A stretch of DNA of 63,875 bases, counting the filler, from Octopus bimaculoides (lineage: Eukaryota): NCBI RefSeq assembly GCF_001194135.2. It is 8 parts of 8 records of this genome, joined end to end, with 100 filler letters (N's around TTAATTAATTAA, not from the genome) between each part and the next. Parts side by side here need not be neighbours in the genome. Positions count along the whole stretch, not along the records: positions 1 to 5,990 come from NC_069004.1; positions 6,091 to 21,279 come from NC_068989.1; 6 more parts are not named here. The stretch is one strand, 5' to 3'. Shown here piece by piece: positions 1 to 11,247 of the stretch. The notes under the pieces are model-generated. The model saw nothing but the letters and a program-made list of their open reading frames with translations. It was not told the DNA's origin and did no database searches. Position 1 is the first letter of the stretch; each line of letters starts with the position of its first letter. Made by a program: the position numbers and the translations under genes.

Positions 1-53
<53 letters not shown>

Positions 54-204
54 GTATATATGTATGTATATGTATGTGTATATGCATATATGTGCATAGA
101 TATTCACATGTACATATATATAAATATATACACACGCTCACACACACGCATATATATGTATATATAGCTTCTTTATATGCCATGTCTCTCAATGATTATT
201 ATTA

Positions 205-257
<53 letters not shown>

Positions 258-301
258 CTTCGTAATGTCCACATTTATCGCCCTTGTGGTCAATAAAATA
301 A

Positions 302-352
<51 letters not shown>

Positions 353-446
353 GGGATGTTGTTGCTGCTATTGTCATTTGTTGTTGTTGCTGTTGTTGTT
401 CTTGTTCTTGTTCTCTTCTTCTTCTTCTTGCTATTATTATTATTAA

Positions 447-505
<59 letters not shown>
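1..505. repeat. Compound microsatellite block (TA)n, (TATG)n, (ATT)n, (GTT)n, (CTT)n
   Basis: Directly visible simple repeats; source of the poly-Y/poly-L/poly-I ORFs at 50-592. Confidence 0.97.
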
Positions 506-506
<1 letters not shown>

Positions 507-968
507 GTCAAAGTTTTTCTCTATACAGTGTAGGCACTAGATATTGGAAAATAAAAGAAAAAAGAATAGTTTCTTTGATTCAACATCGATGATAGACTGT
601 GGTTAGCTTATTTAGGAGAACACAAGTTCTACATGACGTTCAAACTTTTCTCCTCCCCCTCCTCCTCCTCCTCCTCCTCCTCCTCCCCGTCGTCGTCGTC
701 GTTGCCGTTGTTGTTCTTCTTCTGCTTGTTGTTCGAGATGTAGATTTGGCAGAATCGTTAGAGCACCGAACAAAATAATTTATGAGATCTTGTTCCGACT
801 CTACGTTCAAGAGTTCAAAAATGTCAGATCTTGTGCCTATCGAAGAAAGCATTCCGCCGATGTCGACTTTGCCTTTCATCCTTTGGTGGTCAATGAAAGT
901 ACTGGGTTTGGCGTAATTGAGTAGCCCCACCCCTCAAATTTCAGGCGTTGTGTCTAGAATAGGAATAC

Positions 969-1002
<34 letters not shown>

Positions 1003-1154
1003 GAACGGTGAGCTGGTAGAAACAGCACGCCAATATGTAGTAAAACAGTATATGAACAAAATACTAAATGAATAAAAGATATAGATACCAGCTTAACATA
1101 ATATAAATGAATTGCTAATACGTTATGTCCCTGATTTCCTTCCATAGTTTATCA

Positions 1155-1351
1155 GTCAAGGCCTGAAATTTTGTGGAAGGGGGCTGGTCAATTACATCGA
1201 CCCCAGTGCTTGTCTGGTACTTATCTTATCGACCCCGAAAGGATAAAAGGCAAAGTCGACTTCAGCGGAATTTGAACTCAGAACATAAAGACGGACGAAA
1301 TGAGCTCAGCATTTTTCCCGGTGTGCTAACAATTCTTCCAGTTAGCCGCCT
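1155..1351 (-). mobile_element. tRNA-derived SINE, family A
   Basis: Reverse complement matches the recurring unit ggcggtgagctggcagaa...gagttcaaattccgccgaggtcgactttgcctttcatcctttcggggtcgataa...agtaccag seen more than 15 times in the window. Confidence 0.88.
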
Positions 1352-1379
1352 TCATAATGCTTAATATTGGTTTCAAAGT

Positions 1380-1562
1380 TTGGCACAAGGCCACCAATTT
1401 CGGTTGAGGGATAGCATCAACCCTAATGCTCAACTGGCACTTATTTTATCGACTCCGAAAAGATGCAAGGCAAAGTGGACCTCGGAAGAATTTGATCTCA
1501 AAACATAAATGCCACTAAGTATTTTTCCCGGCGAGCTAACAATTCTGTCGCCTCAGCTTCTT
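1380..1562 (-). mobile_element. tRNA-derived SINE, family A (tandem with the previous copy)
   Basis: Same consensus as 1155-1351, more diverged, same orientation. Confidence 0.82.
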
Positions 1563-1759
1563 AGCAATGCTTAATATTAAATTCCACAAATACTTATGCT
1601 GTGAATGATTGTCCCATTTGTTTGTGTTAATAAGGAAAGATTATATTTTATTTACATCAACATCGAGATATCCTGCATCAGAATTAGCGACTGTCGAACG
1701 TAACGGCCTGCAACGAAAATTAGAGATGGCGATATAATGGATTATTAAATTAAACACAA

Positions 1760-1800
<41 letters not shown>

Positions 1801-2310
1801 CACACATATTCACACACACACTTGGAAACGCACGTCGCATAGACATATGTATACAAGCTAGCATATACATACACATATGCATAAATGCGCATATACGGAT
1901 ATATCTATATCTATCTTTACCTTTTACTTGTTCAGTCACTGGACTGAGACCATGCTGGGGCACCGTCTCGTAGGATTTTTATTTGAACAAATCGATCACA
2001 GTACTAAATTTCCACCACCATTTCCATCTCCAGCACCAACATTACTACCATCGCCGCCGCCGCGACCGATTAGTGTAATTTTTCTTAACATTTTAGATTA
2101 AGAAAAATGGCAATAATTGTTCCTTCTATTTATCAGTATTATCCAAAATCGTCCACCTCGAAATAACTTATTAAATCTATTTGAATCTAAACGTTTTATT
2201 TTAAGTGGAAGATTGAAATTAGTTAGAATGACCAACAAATTTTAATGGAGTCTAAATGATGTTTTTAAATATTATTTTTAATTTAAAAAACATACCGTAT
2301 TTGAATGGTA

Positions 2311-2608
2311 CATTGTTGGGAAAAATCTTAAGACCAGTGAAAACCTGCCGAAAAGAGCTCTTTGATGACCGATATATTCGATTATTTTTCATTATAGATT
2401 CATTATAGGCAAATAGAAAAAGATACACGAAAACCTAAAGAAATGTTTAACAGTCAATGCACAAAATATGCATTGTATGTAAACGAACAATAATTTGCTG
2501 ATCAAAGTTTAAATCTGGTCAAAGTTTAAATCTGGTACAAACTATAAACAAAGCTTTTTCTTTGTCAACAACTACCGGTCACTGGTCTTAAGATTTTGTC
2601 CAGCAGTG
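2311..2608. mobile_element. Tc1/mariner-type MITE (298 bp)
   Basis: ~30-bp TIRs cattgttgggaaaaatcttaagaccagtga / tcactggtcttaagattttgtccagcagtg flanked by TA at 2309-2310 and 2609-2610. Confidence 0.85.
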
Positions 2609-3023
2609 TAAGAAGCAGGGTCTCAAAAAGTACCCCCGGGTCCTTTATGCGGAGTTACTTTAATGCAATAAAATCTTTTATTCCTAAACAAGTGCTTCTG
2701 AAATCGGCGTGTGTCTAATATGGCATTGTATCTTATATGCCATCGAATGCGATATTTTATATTGGAACTAAACTAAAATTTTGTATGAAATTATCAACGA
2801 CATTTTTAATAAAGTTTTTCTCTAAAAGTATAAAAAAAGTGAGGTATGGCTAGCTGCACAGAGAAACGGAAAATGATTCCGTGCGAATTATTTAATAGAT
2901 TTCTTTTCGTTCTGGTTACTGTTGAAATCTCCCATGTCCTCAGCCTCTCTCTTCCGTGAAGCTGAGACGAAAAAGTCGTTCCCGAGGAAAGGACCCTGTA
3001 ATATAAAATGGCAGATACAGTGA

Positions 3024-4130
3024 ATGTTGCTGGTTGTTCTTTGTGGTAACTGTTTTTCTATTTTATCCTCAGAGTGTAGTTAAGTCGAATTATTCAACAG
3101 GAAATACAGAATTGGTTTATTTCAATAAATCGCGTAATGCAAATTTTATAATACAAATTGAATTAATTGAATAATAATAAAAAAGCTAATAATAACATCC
3201 TTAATTCTATTAACTCTGAATCTAAGGAAGTTGTAACCGAGTTAGAGATAAATGATTGTACTGAATGTCTAGTTTTACGATGGCCTAATATAACTTAAGA
3301 ACCTCAATAGAATTTTATTCATAACCTAACTGGTAGCTTAATAAATCCGAGGAAAACTTGAATTAAGAATACTGAATAAAATGTGTCTTAGGTCCTGTTA
3401 TTGTAATTCATATAATTAAATAAATAATTAATTTGCCATTATTGAATAACGACATTACACATATTAATTAGTTTAATGATATTAGGTAAAAGCATCTGTA
3501 GAAATTTACTCAGTTTGGTATCAATGAATTCTATTCCTCGAGAACGGAATTTTTGTTCCAAAAGGCATTAATTATCGCTTAAATTATATCTCGGCCAGTG
3601 ATTCTGATCTCAAAAGCATAGAGATGCATGAAAAGCGTTGTTTTCTTTTGATGCCGATCTGATTGGAGAAGAATGATTCTAATTCGTTTGATATAACAAT
3701 GGATGAGCATGGTTCTGCTGAAATCTGTGACGCTATTGGGCTTTCTATTTTTAGATCTTTTACCAAATTAACTTATTAACATGGTTTATATAGAAATCAT
3801 GGGATATTATCATGCGGAATGTATATACTTGACAGTTAGTGAGATTTATCAAAAATCTTTTTAAAAATTATCTAAAGAATTACATACGAAAATTACAGTT
3901 GATGATTTTATTGCTAATTGTTTAAATAGCATCTAAAATTTAGAGGCAAACAAACGTACTTCAGAAAGCCATATTGAAAGTTACTGCATATAAATATCTC
4001 TTCAGATCACGCACTACTCATTATAAATAATTTGGTGTAAAATATTTGTATACCGTTATCCATTTAGAATATGTTGTTTTACGAAAACGGCTCCGTTTTA
4101 TAACGGAAGGATGAAGCAAAATCTTTGAAA
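3024..4130 (+). pseudogene. Possible decayed intronless gene for a secreted/receptor leucine-rich-repeat protein
   Basis: Hydrophobic start (MLLVVL..., FVVTVFLFYPQ after a frameshift). Stop-poor stretches contain LRR-like phrases LNNDITHIN (3442-3468), LNYISASDSDLKSIE (3579-3623) and FRSFTKLTY (3750-3776). Multiple stops and frameshifts; family assignment by eye only. Confidence 0.3.
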
Positions 4131-4699
4131 ATATAGTTCATTATATAAAAAGTGGTTTTAAGGTAAGAATTTTTAGGAGATCAGGAATAGTAAATGTAAT
4201 CGACCCCAACGCTCAATTCGTATTCATTTTATTGACCTCGTAAAAATAAAAGGCAAAGTCCGCGTCGGTGGAACTTGAAATCAGAACGAAAGGAGCCGGA
4301 AGAAATACCACTGAGCATTTCGTGTGTCGTGCCAACGATTCTGCCAGATTCACGCCTTGATTGGTGGCCCAACAATATTTTTCAAACACCGAAAAATAGA
4401 AAACGTTAATTTGTCTAATTCTGTATGAATTTCATAAGCGAATAATAAGTATAGCGAAACATGTCTTGAGCTAATTAATTAAAGATGTCCCGAGGAATTA
4501 TTCGTATTTTCAATACAAATAATGGTAAATTAAATTTTAGTTATGAACACAATTCTGCTAAAGAAATAGCAAGCAATGATGATAAAAGTCTTAAATGGTT
4601 ATCTGCATCCAGTTCTTGTTTTAATTTTCTTAATTACATGAATTAAATAAATTGTCTTTCAAAATCGATAGCATATCGTGCGAAAGTACTTCGAGTTGA

Positions 4700-5035
4700 T
4701 AATCCAACACAGTAACGAACTTCTTATCCGGCTTTCATGAATCCGACCAAAGCCTTGTGAGTGGATTTGGTAAACAGAAACTGGAAGAAGCCCGTCGTAC
4801 ATGTATACATATGTATATGTATGTTTGTGTATATGTTTTTGTGTCTGTGTTTGTTCCTCAACGTCGGTTGACAACCGATGCTGGTGTGTTTACGTCCCCG
4901 TAATCTAGCGGTTCGGTAAAAGAAACCGATACAATAAGTACTAGACTTGCAAAGAATAAGCTCTGAGGTCGATTTGCTCGACGAAAGGTGGTGGTCCAGC
5001 ATTGTCGCAGTCAAAGGACTGAAACAAGTAAAAGA
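4700..5035 (+). mobile_element. SINE family B, 5'-truncated
   Basis: ccgaccaaagccttgtgagtggatttggta...gaagaagcccgtcgta, internal (TG)/(TA) microsatellite, then acaaccgatgctggtgtgtttacgtccccgta...gactgaaacaagtaaaaga as in the full copy at 9968-10385. Confidence 0.88.
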
Positions 5036-5112
5036 GTATATATAAATACATACATACATACAAACATACACATAGACGCACACACACCCACACCCACACC
5101 CACACACACACT

Positions 5113-5143
<31 letters not shown>

Positions 5144-5990
5144 GCACACATATACATATATAGAAATGTNNNNNNNNNNNNNNNNNNNNNNNNNNNNNNN
5201 NNNNNNNNNNNNNNNNNNNNNNNNNNNNNNNNNNNNNNNNNNNNNNNNNNNNNNNNNNNNNNNNNNNNNNNNNNNNNNNNNNNNNNNNNNNNNNNNNNNN
5301 NNNNNNNNNNNNNNNNNNNNNNNNNNNNNNNNNNNNNNNNNNNNNNNNNNNNNNNNNNNNNNNNNNNNNNNNNNNNNNNNNNNNNNNNNNNNNNNNNNNN
5401 NNNNNNNNNNNNNNATATATATATATATATATATATATTTGAATGCGTGTTTACTATTAATAACTATATATTTGCAGTTTATAATATCCTCTCTGTGAAC
5501 GTATGAACAAATGTAAATATATACATATATCCGCACCATACATAAAAGCAAATGAGATTATATTTACAGCTGCTTCACCAGACGGGATGCGCCCTCATTT
5601 TCAGCCTACAAAGAGAACTAATGCTTAATAGCTCTCTGCACTAATAAGTACCCAGGAGGATACAGCCACAATGACCAGACTAATTTCCGTACCGTGATAT
5701 TGCTAGCAGTGCTATTAATTAAATAACAAATAGTCGTACACATCACAGAGAATATTAGCGAAACAGAGACCAAATATAATGCAAAAAATGCTTGTAATCA
5801 TATGAACTTAGGTAAATACAGTTAGTGTTTTTCTGCTTCATACAAAGGAAAATAAACGAGTAAATGTATGTGTGTGTGTGTGTGATTGTATGCATTTGTG
5901 ATAGTAGGTGTGTGTGTGTGTGCGTATTCATAGCTGCCCATTTATCAGTCTTTTTGTGTGTATGTATGCATATATATATATATATATATA

Positions 5991-6090
5991 NNNNNNNNNN
6001 NNNNNNNNNNNNNNNNNNNNNNNNNNNNNNNNNNTTAATTAATTAANNNNNNNNNNNNNNNNNNNNNNNNNNNNNNNNNNNNNNNNNNNN
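5991..6090. other. Assembly spacer: 44 N + TTAATTAATTAA + 44 N (also at 21324, 27446, 37197, 54526, 60507, 62619)
   Basis: Identical palindromic 12-mer with TAA in all six frames, centred in ~100-bp N blocks at 7 sites; artificial scaffolding linker. Confidence 0.95.
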
Positions 6091-6370
6091 GGTTTTTGTC
6101 TCTCTCACCAAGGTCAGCAGCTATCGAACGCCGACGAAGGGAAATAACCCTGAAATCCGGATCCGTTCGTGCTGCAGATCGTGGTGAGAGGGATAACTTC
6201 CCTTGGCAAACAGGACACAGTCGTGTGTCGATAAGCCAGCTGGAGGAGATGTCCTCCTGGGGCTAAAAGCAACAGTAACATCCACCCCTAGGGGTCAGCC
6301 ACACTTAAGTGGCAATATACTACACTTTATCGTGCAGTTACTGTTAATACTTCATTTAGAGAATTAACAT
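6091..6370 (+). mobile_element. Penelope-like pseudo-LTR / retrozyme-like structured element
   Basis: GC-richer island carrying the HHR motif plus four short hairpins and a 12-bp palindrome, ending in a (TA)n tract; 5' side lost in a gap. Confidence 0.6.
6125..6169 (+). ncRNA. Type I hammerhead ribozyme motif (minimal, palindromic stem III; U4C core variant)
   Basis: Stem I CGAACG(6125-30)/CGTTCG(6164-69); core CCGACGA(6131-37); stem II AGGG-aaataa-CCCT; GAAA(6152-55); palindrome TCCGGA; cleavage triplet ATC, predicted cut after 6163. Confidence 0.8.
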
Positions 6371-6374
6371 TGCT

Positions 6375-6407
<33 letters not shown>

Positions 6408-6424
6408 ATGTCTGTATTATGAAA

Positions 6425-6560
6425 GCCCCTGGCCCAGTGGTTAGAGCGTCGGGTTCACAGTAATGAGGTAGTGAGTTCGATTTCTACATCAGGTTGTGTG
6501 CTGTGTTTTTGTGCAAGACACTTTCTTTCATGTTGTTCCAGTTCACTCAGCTGTAGAAAT
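6425..6560 (+). mobile_element. tRNA-derived SINE, family C
   Basis: A-box TGGCCCAGTGG (6430-6440), B-box GTTCGATTT (6475-6483), then CORE-like gtgtttttgtgcaagacact and tcactcagctgtagaaatgagt. Confidence 0.75.
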
Positions 6561-6755
6561 GAGTTGTGACGTTACTAGTTGTGACGTCATTTTGCTTTTC
6601 CTTTGAATAACATTGGTGGCGGGGAGAGGGGAAGCTGGTATGCATGAGCGACTGCTTGTTTTCCATAAAACAACCTTGCCCGGGACTGTGCCTCGGAAGG
6701 TAACTTTCTAAATGCAATGCATTGGTCATTCATAACTGAAGGGCGTCATATATAA

Positions 6756-6792
<37 letters not shown>

Positions 6793-7253
6793 TGAATAGA
6801 CAGCACTCGCAATCAATGCATTCATTTGGTGTCTTAAGTATTTAATATGTGGTTAACACACCATCATATTATTTAAAACATCGTGGGTTTGCAAGACGTC
6901 CACATTATAAGCAGCAACGTATCAAGATGGAAGCCTGGAAACATGTGGTTAGGAAGCTAGCTTCTTACTACCCACAAGCTCCTCTGAGTGTATTGTATCT
7001 TTTCCTTATTTTCATATAAGGAAAAGGTTCACAATCACAATGAACGAAATCTAGTTACTGCTCCAATGAGCTGAGGGATTGTTTAAAAAGCATGTCTGTA
7101 AGATGGAAGCAGGAAAGACTCTACGAGTGATTGCTTTCGGTTCGACAACGTAGCGTTTTATTGAAAATTCGTCACCATCGAAATGTTCAATTCCCTGAAT
7201 GAAATTTGTTAGACAGAAAGGATAAGGAAGTCCGCATAAATACAAAATGCATG

Positions 7254-7326
<73 letters not shown>

Positions 7327-7394
7327 ACTATATATATATATACGATACACACACATACACACACACACACATACATACATACATCATACATACA

Positions 7395-7456
<62 letters not shown>

Positions 7457-8254
7457 NNNNNNNNNNNNNNNNNNNNNNNNNNNNNNNNNNNNNNNNNNNN
7501 NNNNNNNNNNNNNNNNNNNNNNNNNNNNNNNNNNNNNNNNNNNNNNNNNNNNNNNNNNNNNNNNNNNNNNNNNNNNNNNNNNNNNNNNNNNNNNNNNNNN
7601 NNNNNNNNNNNNNNNNNNNNNNNNNNNNNNNNNNNNNNNNNNNNNNNNNNNNNNNNNNNNNNNNNNNNNNNNNNNNNNNNNNNNNNNNNNNNNNNNNTAT
7701 ATATAGTATATATTGTGTGTACAAATAGATGTACGCCTGCTACCCTTATGATTAGAGCTCCACGTAGATTATCATATTCCGATCTGCTTCTACTATAATG
7801 GTTAAGTAAATCCTATGGTAAATAGTATTACTAGTTGTGAAATACGGACCAAATGCAAGAGGGATTAAGATAAACACAAATTTATATTATTAGTATCTAG
7901 GTATGTTTCACCAATATGGTTGCTTGGAATCTTGCATTGGGTAATCCAATGGCATTTTTAGGCTTAAAGAGAATGCATCTTTATGGAACTTTTTATTGTA
8001 TTACGTTACAGTTAACCAGATATCTAGTGTACTTAGTGTAATCAAATGCTAGTTTTGTGTGACTTAAAACAATAAAGTATTTCCTGATGATCCGTTCTGT
8101 ATAAGAATACATATGCCCTTGGAACACAAAATGCAGGGTTCCAAGCAGCATGGATTGTTGAATCTACGTAGAAACTTATTGTGTAAATATGTTTTTACCT
8201 TACCTACACATACACGCACACAGATGTATGCATATATGTATGTATGCATGAATA

Positions 8255-8340
<86 letters not shown>

Positions 8341-8772
8341 TGTCAATATGTATATATATATATATGTATGTAGATAGATAGATAGATAGATAGATAGATG
8401 GGGATATATATATATATAGATAGATTGGGATAGATAGATAGATAAATAGACAGACAGTTATAAAAAATTTGGAAAATGTGTTCGTTTATGCATTAGGGAG
8501 AGTGTATATTTAGGCTTATGCCGTGTAAGCGCAATGGTGACAATGCGTCATAACTTAATAGTTTAAGAAATGCATATTCATAAAATAAGTACTAAAGTTT
8601 ACAACAATTACGGCGGTTCATATTCTTGTTCATATTCTTGTCTACATTATTGAAGATCGTATGCCAGCATGACCGTAATTCAATAATACAAGAATAATTG
8701 AATGCAAATATATACTAAATTTAATTATTTATATAATCATAATCGTAAAAATTACCATATCATAAAAACTGA

Positions 8773-8990
8773 GGCGGTAAGCTGGCAGAATCGTTAACAC
8801 GCTGGGCAAAATGCTTAGCGGCATTTGGTCCGCCTTTATGTACTGTATTCATATACCACCGAGGTCAACTTAGCCTTTTATCCTTTCCGAGTCGGTAAAA
8901 TAAGTATCAGTTGCTCACTGAGGTTGATGTTATCGCCTTACCCCATCCCACGAAATTTCTGGCCTTGAACCAAAATTTGAAATTAATGTT
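8773..8990 (+). mobile_element. tRNA-derived SINE, family A
   Basis: Near full-length copy: ggcggtaagctggcagaatcgtta ... gccttttatcctttccgagtcggtaaaataagtatcag ... ggccttgaaccaaaatttgaaa. Confidence 0.88.
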
Positions 8991-9089
8991 TGAGATAACT
9001 GACTCTTTACTTACACATTGACTCCACTTTCGCTTAGTATTTGCAAGTTCACGCATACAAATACAAACATATGCTCTAGAGTATAACTT

Positions 9090-9600
9090 TAGACTGCAAC
9101 CGGTGGTGGGTCCCTGGTTCGGCAACTCGTGGGTTTTGTGGAACTTTGAACTATTGTTACTCTTAGCTACTGTTTTGATCAAGTCTACTCCGACTCTGAT
9201 TAATAGTATCTCTCAGTGTTCATCCCAGGTATGGTTTAATTAACATGAAATGGAAAAAATGTTTAAGCACAATCCCTCACTATGCTGTGAGTGCCTCAAA
9301 AAGGGTAAAAGTTAGTGCAGTCAACCTTGACTCCAAGAGTAGTTCCCCCTCAGGAAGTCTGGTGCCCTCTTTGATACCCTTCGGCAACTCCAGAGTAAGT
9401 AGAGCCCTCTAGCGCCTAAGAAAAGGCTACTACAATGTAAAACATGCAGCTTACTGGTCACTACAGGCGTCTTAGCCTGTTGAGCCATTGTGGTCAGATC
9501 TCAAAGTCTAAAGTGTGAGATCCAATGGAACGGATCAACTCTCACTTTCACACTACTAAGCGCGAAAAGAAACAAAGCCCTGCTGTGTCAAGTGTCGGTT
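9090..9600 (+). mobile_element. Probable 5' UTR/start of a LINE (RTE-like), truncated
   Basis: GC-richer non-coding island ending in ATGGAACGGATCAACTCTCAC..., which resembles RTE 5' regions from memory; no RT present. Confidence 0.3.
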
Positions 9601-9967
9601 TACATACATAAGTATATACTTATCTATATTCATAAGATCTTAGAATTCATTTCATTCTGGTAGCGAAATAATTAATTCATTTACTATTGTTTAAGTAGTT
9701 TTACAGTTTTATCTGAGTTTATAAATTAATTATCAACTGATTCAAAATTAATAATTGATATATGCAACGAAACAAGTAATTAATATACTAAGATACAATT
9801 AAAAGTGTTCAACCAAGAGCAGACAAAGCAAGAGAGAAAGAGACGGTAAAACAGCTAAAAACATTGATGTGACAAACTTTGCTACCTCTTGAAATACTTC
9901 CTTTCCCACCTCATTGTGTTTAGATCATCACTTTCAAATTTATCTTGTTAGACAAATTTAACTTATA

Positions 9968-10385
9968 GGCGCAGGCGTGGCTGTGTGGTAAGTAGCTTGC
10001 CTACCAACCACAAGATTCCGGGTTCTGTCCCACTGCGTGGCATCTTGGGTAAGTGTTTTCTACTATAGCCTCGGAGTGGATTTGGGCAAGTGTCTTCTAC
10101 TATAGCTTTGTGAGTGGATTTGGTAGACGGAAACTGAAAGAAGCCCGTCGTATATATGTGTATGTATGTATATATGTGTGTGTTTGTGTCTGTGTTTGTT
10201 CCCCCAACATCGCTTGACAACCGATGCTGGTGTGTTTACGTCCCCGTAACTTAGCGGTTCGGCAAGGAGGCCGATAAAATAAGTGCTAGGCTTACAAAGA
10301 ATAAGTTCTGGGGTCGATTTGTTCGACTAAAGGCGGTGCTCCAGCATGGCTGCAGTCAATTGACTGAAACAAATAAAAGAAAAGA
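9968..10385 (+). mobile_element. SINE family B, full-length
   Basis: tRNA-like head ggcgcaggcgtggctgtgtggtaag...ccgggttctgtccc, CORE-like cttgggcaagtgtcttctactatagc (duplicated internally), internal microsatellite ~10150-10195, tail ending gactgaaacaaataaaaga. Confidence 0.92.
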
Positions 10386-10822
10386 AAATAATAGAAAGAA
10401 TATAAATACGCCTCTCTCTCTCTCTCTCTCTCTCNNNNNNNNNNNNNNNNNNNNNNNNNNNNNNNNNNNNNNNNNNNNNNNNNNNNNNNNNNNNNNNNNN
10501 NNNNNNNNNNNNNNNNNNNNNNNNNNNNNNNNNNNNNNNNNNNNNNNNNNNNNNNNNNNNNNNNNNNNNNNNNNNNNNNNNNNNNNNNNNNNNNNNNNNN
10601 NNNNNNNNNNNNNNNNNNNNNNNNNNNNNNNNNNNNNNNNNNNNNNNNNNNNNNNNNNNNNNNNNNNNNNNNNNNNNNNNNNNNNNNNNNNNNNNNNNNN
10701 NNNNNNNNNNNNNNNNNNNNNNNNNNNNNNNNNNNNNNNNNNNNNNNNNNNNNNNNNNNNNNNNNNNNNNNNNNNNNNNNNNNNNNNNNNNNNNNNNNNN
10801 NNNNNNNNNNNNNNNNNNNNNN

Positions 10823-10890
<68 letters not shown>

Positions 10891-10954
10891 TTATTTGTTT
10901 TATAAAAGGCAGAAGGTCTGAAACTTGAGCGGTAAGAGGGCGCTACGCGGTTAC

Positions 10955-11172
10955 ATCAACCATTTTGCAACTCGCCGCCTTGGATTTGAAATTTTGAGTC
11001 CTTGTACGATATTGGATTGATCCAAAATCTAATCCGTTCGTGCCAGTCAGAAGGCCAAATATCCCTGAAAGTTTCATCCAAATCCATCCAGCGGTTTTTG
11101 AGATATCTCGTCCATGGACAAACAAACACGATTGAAAACAATACCTCCGCTTTCGATAAGGCTGAGGTAATT
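10955..11172 (+). mobile_element. Helentron-associated (HINE/DINE-like) non-autonomous element, 3' part
   Basis: aaagtttcatccaaatccatccagcggtttttgagatat...acaaacaaac...tgaaaacaatACCTC-hairpin-GAGGTaatt (11143-11168), the typical subterminal hairpin end followed by TT. Confidence 0.6.
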
Positions 11173-11247
11173 AAAACAAACTTATCGATAGCCTGGATAT
11201 ACTATAAAAAAAGCTTTTAATACTCTACAACATAGTTGAATTAAGAA

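Noticed and set aside
50-592. Poly-Tyr/Leu/Ile ORFs
   Set aside because: Translations of trinucleotide microsatellites.
640-930. 96-aa ORF as a protein
   Set aside because: Antisense of a diverged SINE A plus trinucleotide repeats.
6035-6046. TTAATTAATTAA repeated 7 times as a conserved palindromic motif or CRISPR-like repeat
   Set aside because: Always centred in N blocks and gives stops in all six frames; artificial scaffolding linker.
6425-6495. tRNA genes (also 8773, 9968, 41607, 45410)
   Set aside because: A/B boxes are present, but there is no complete cloverleaf and each continues into a SINE body.
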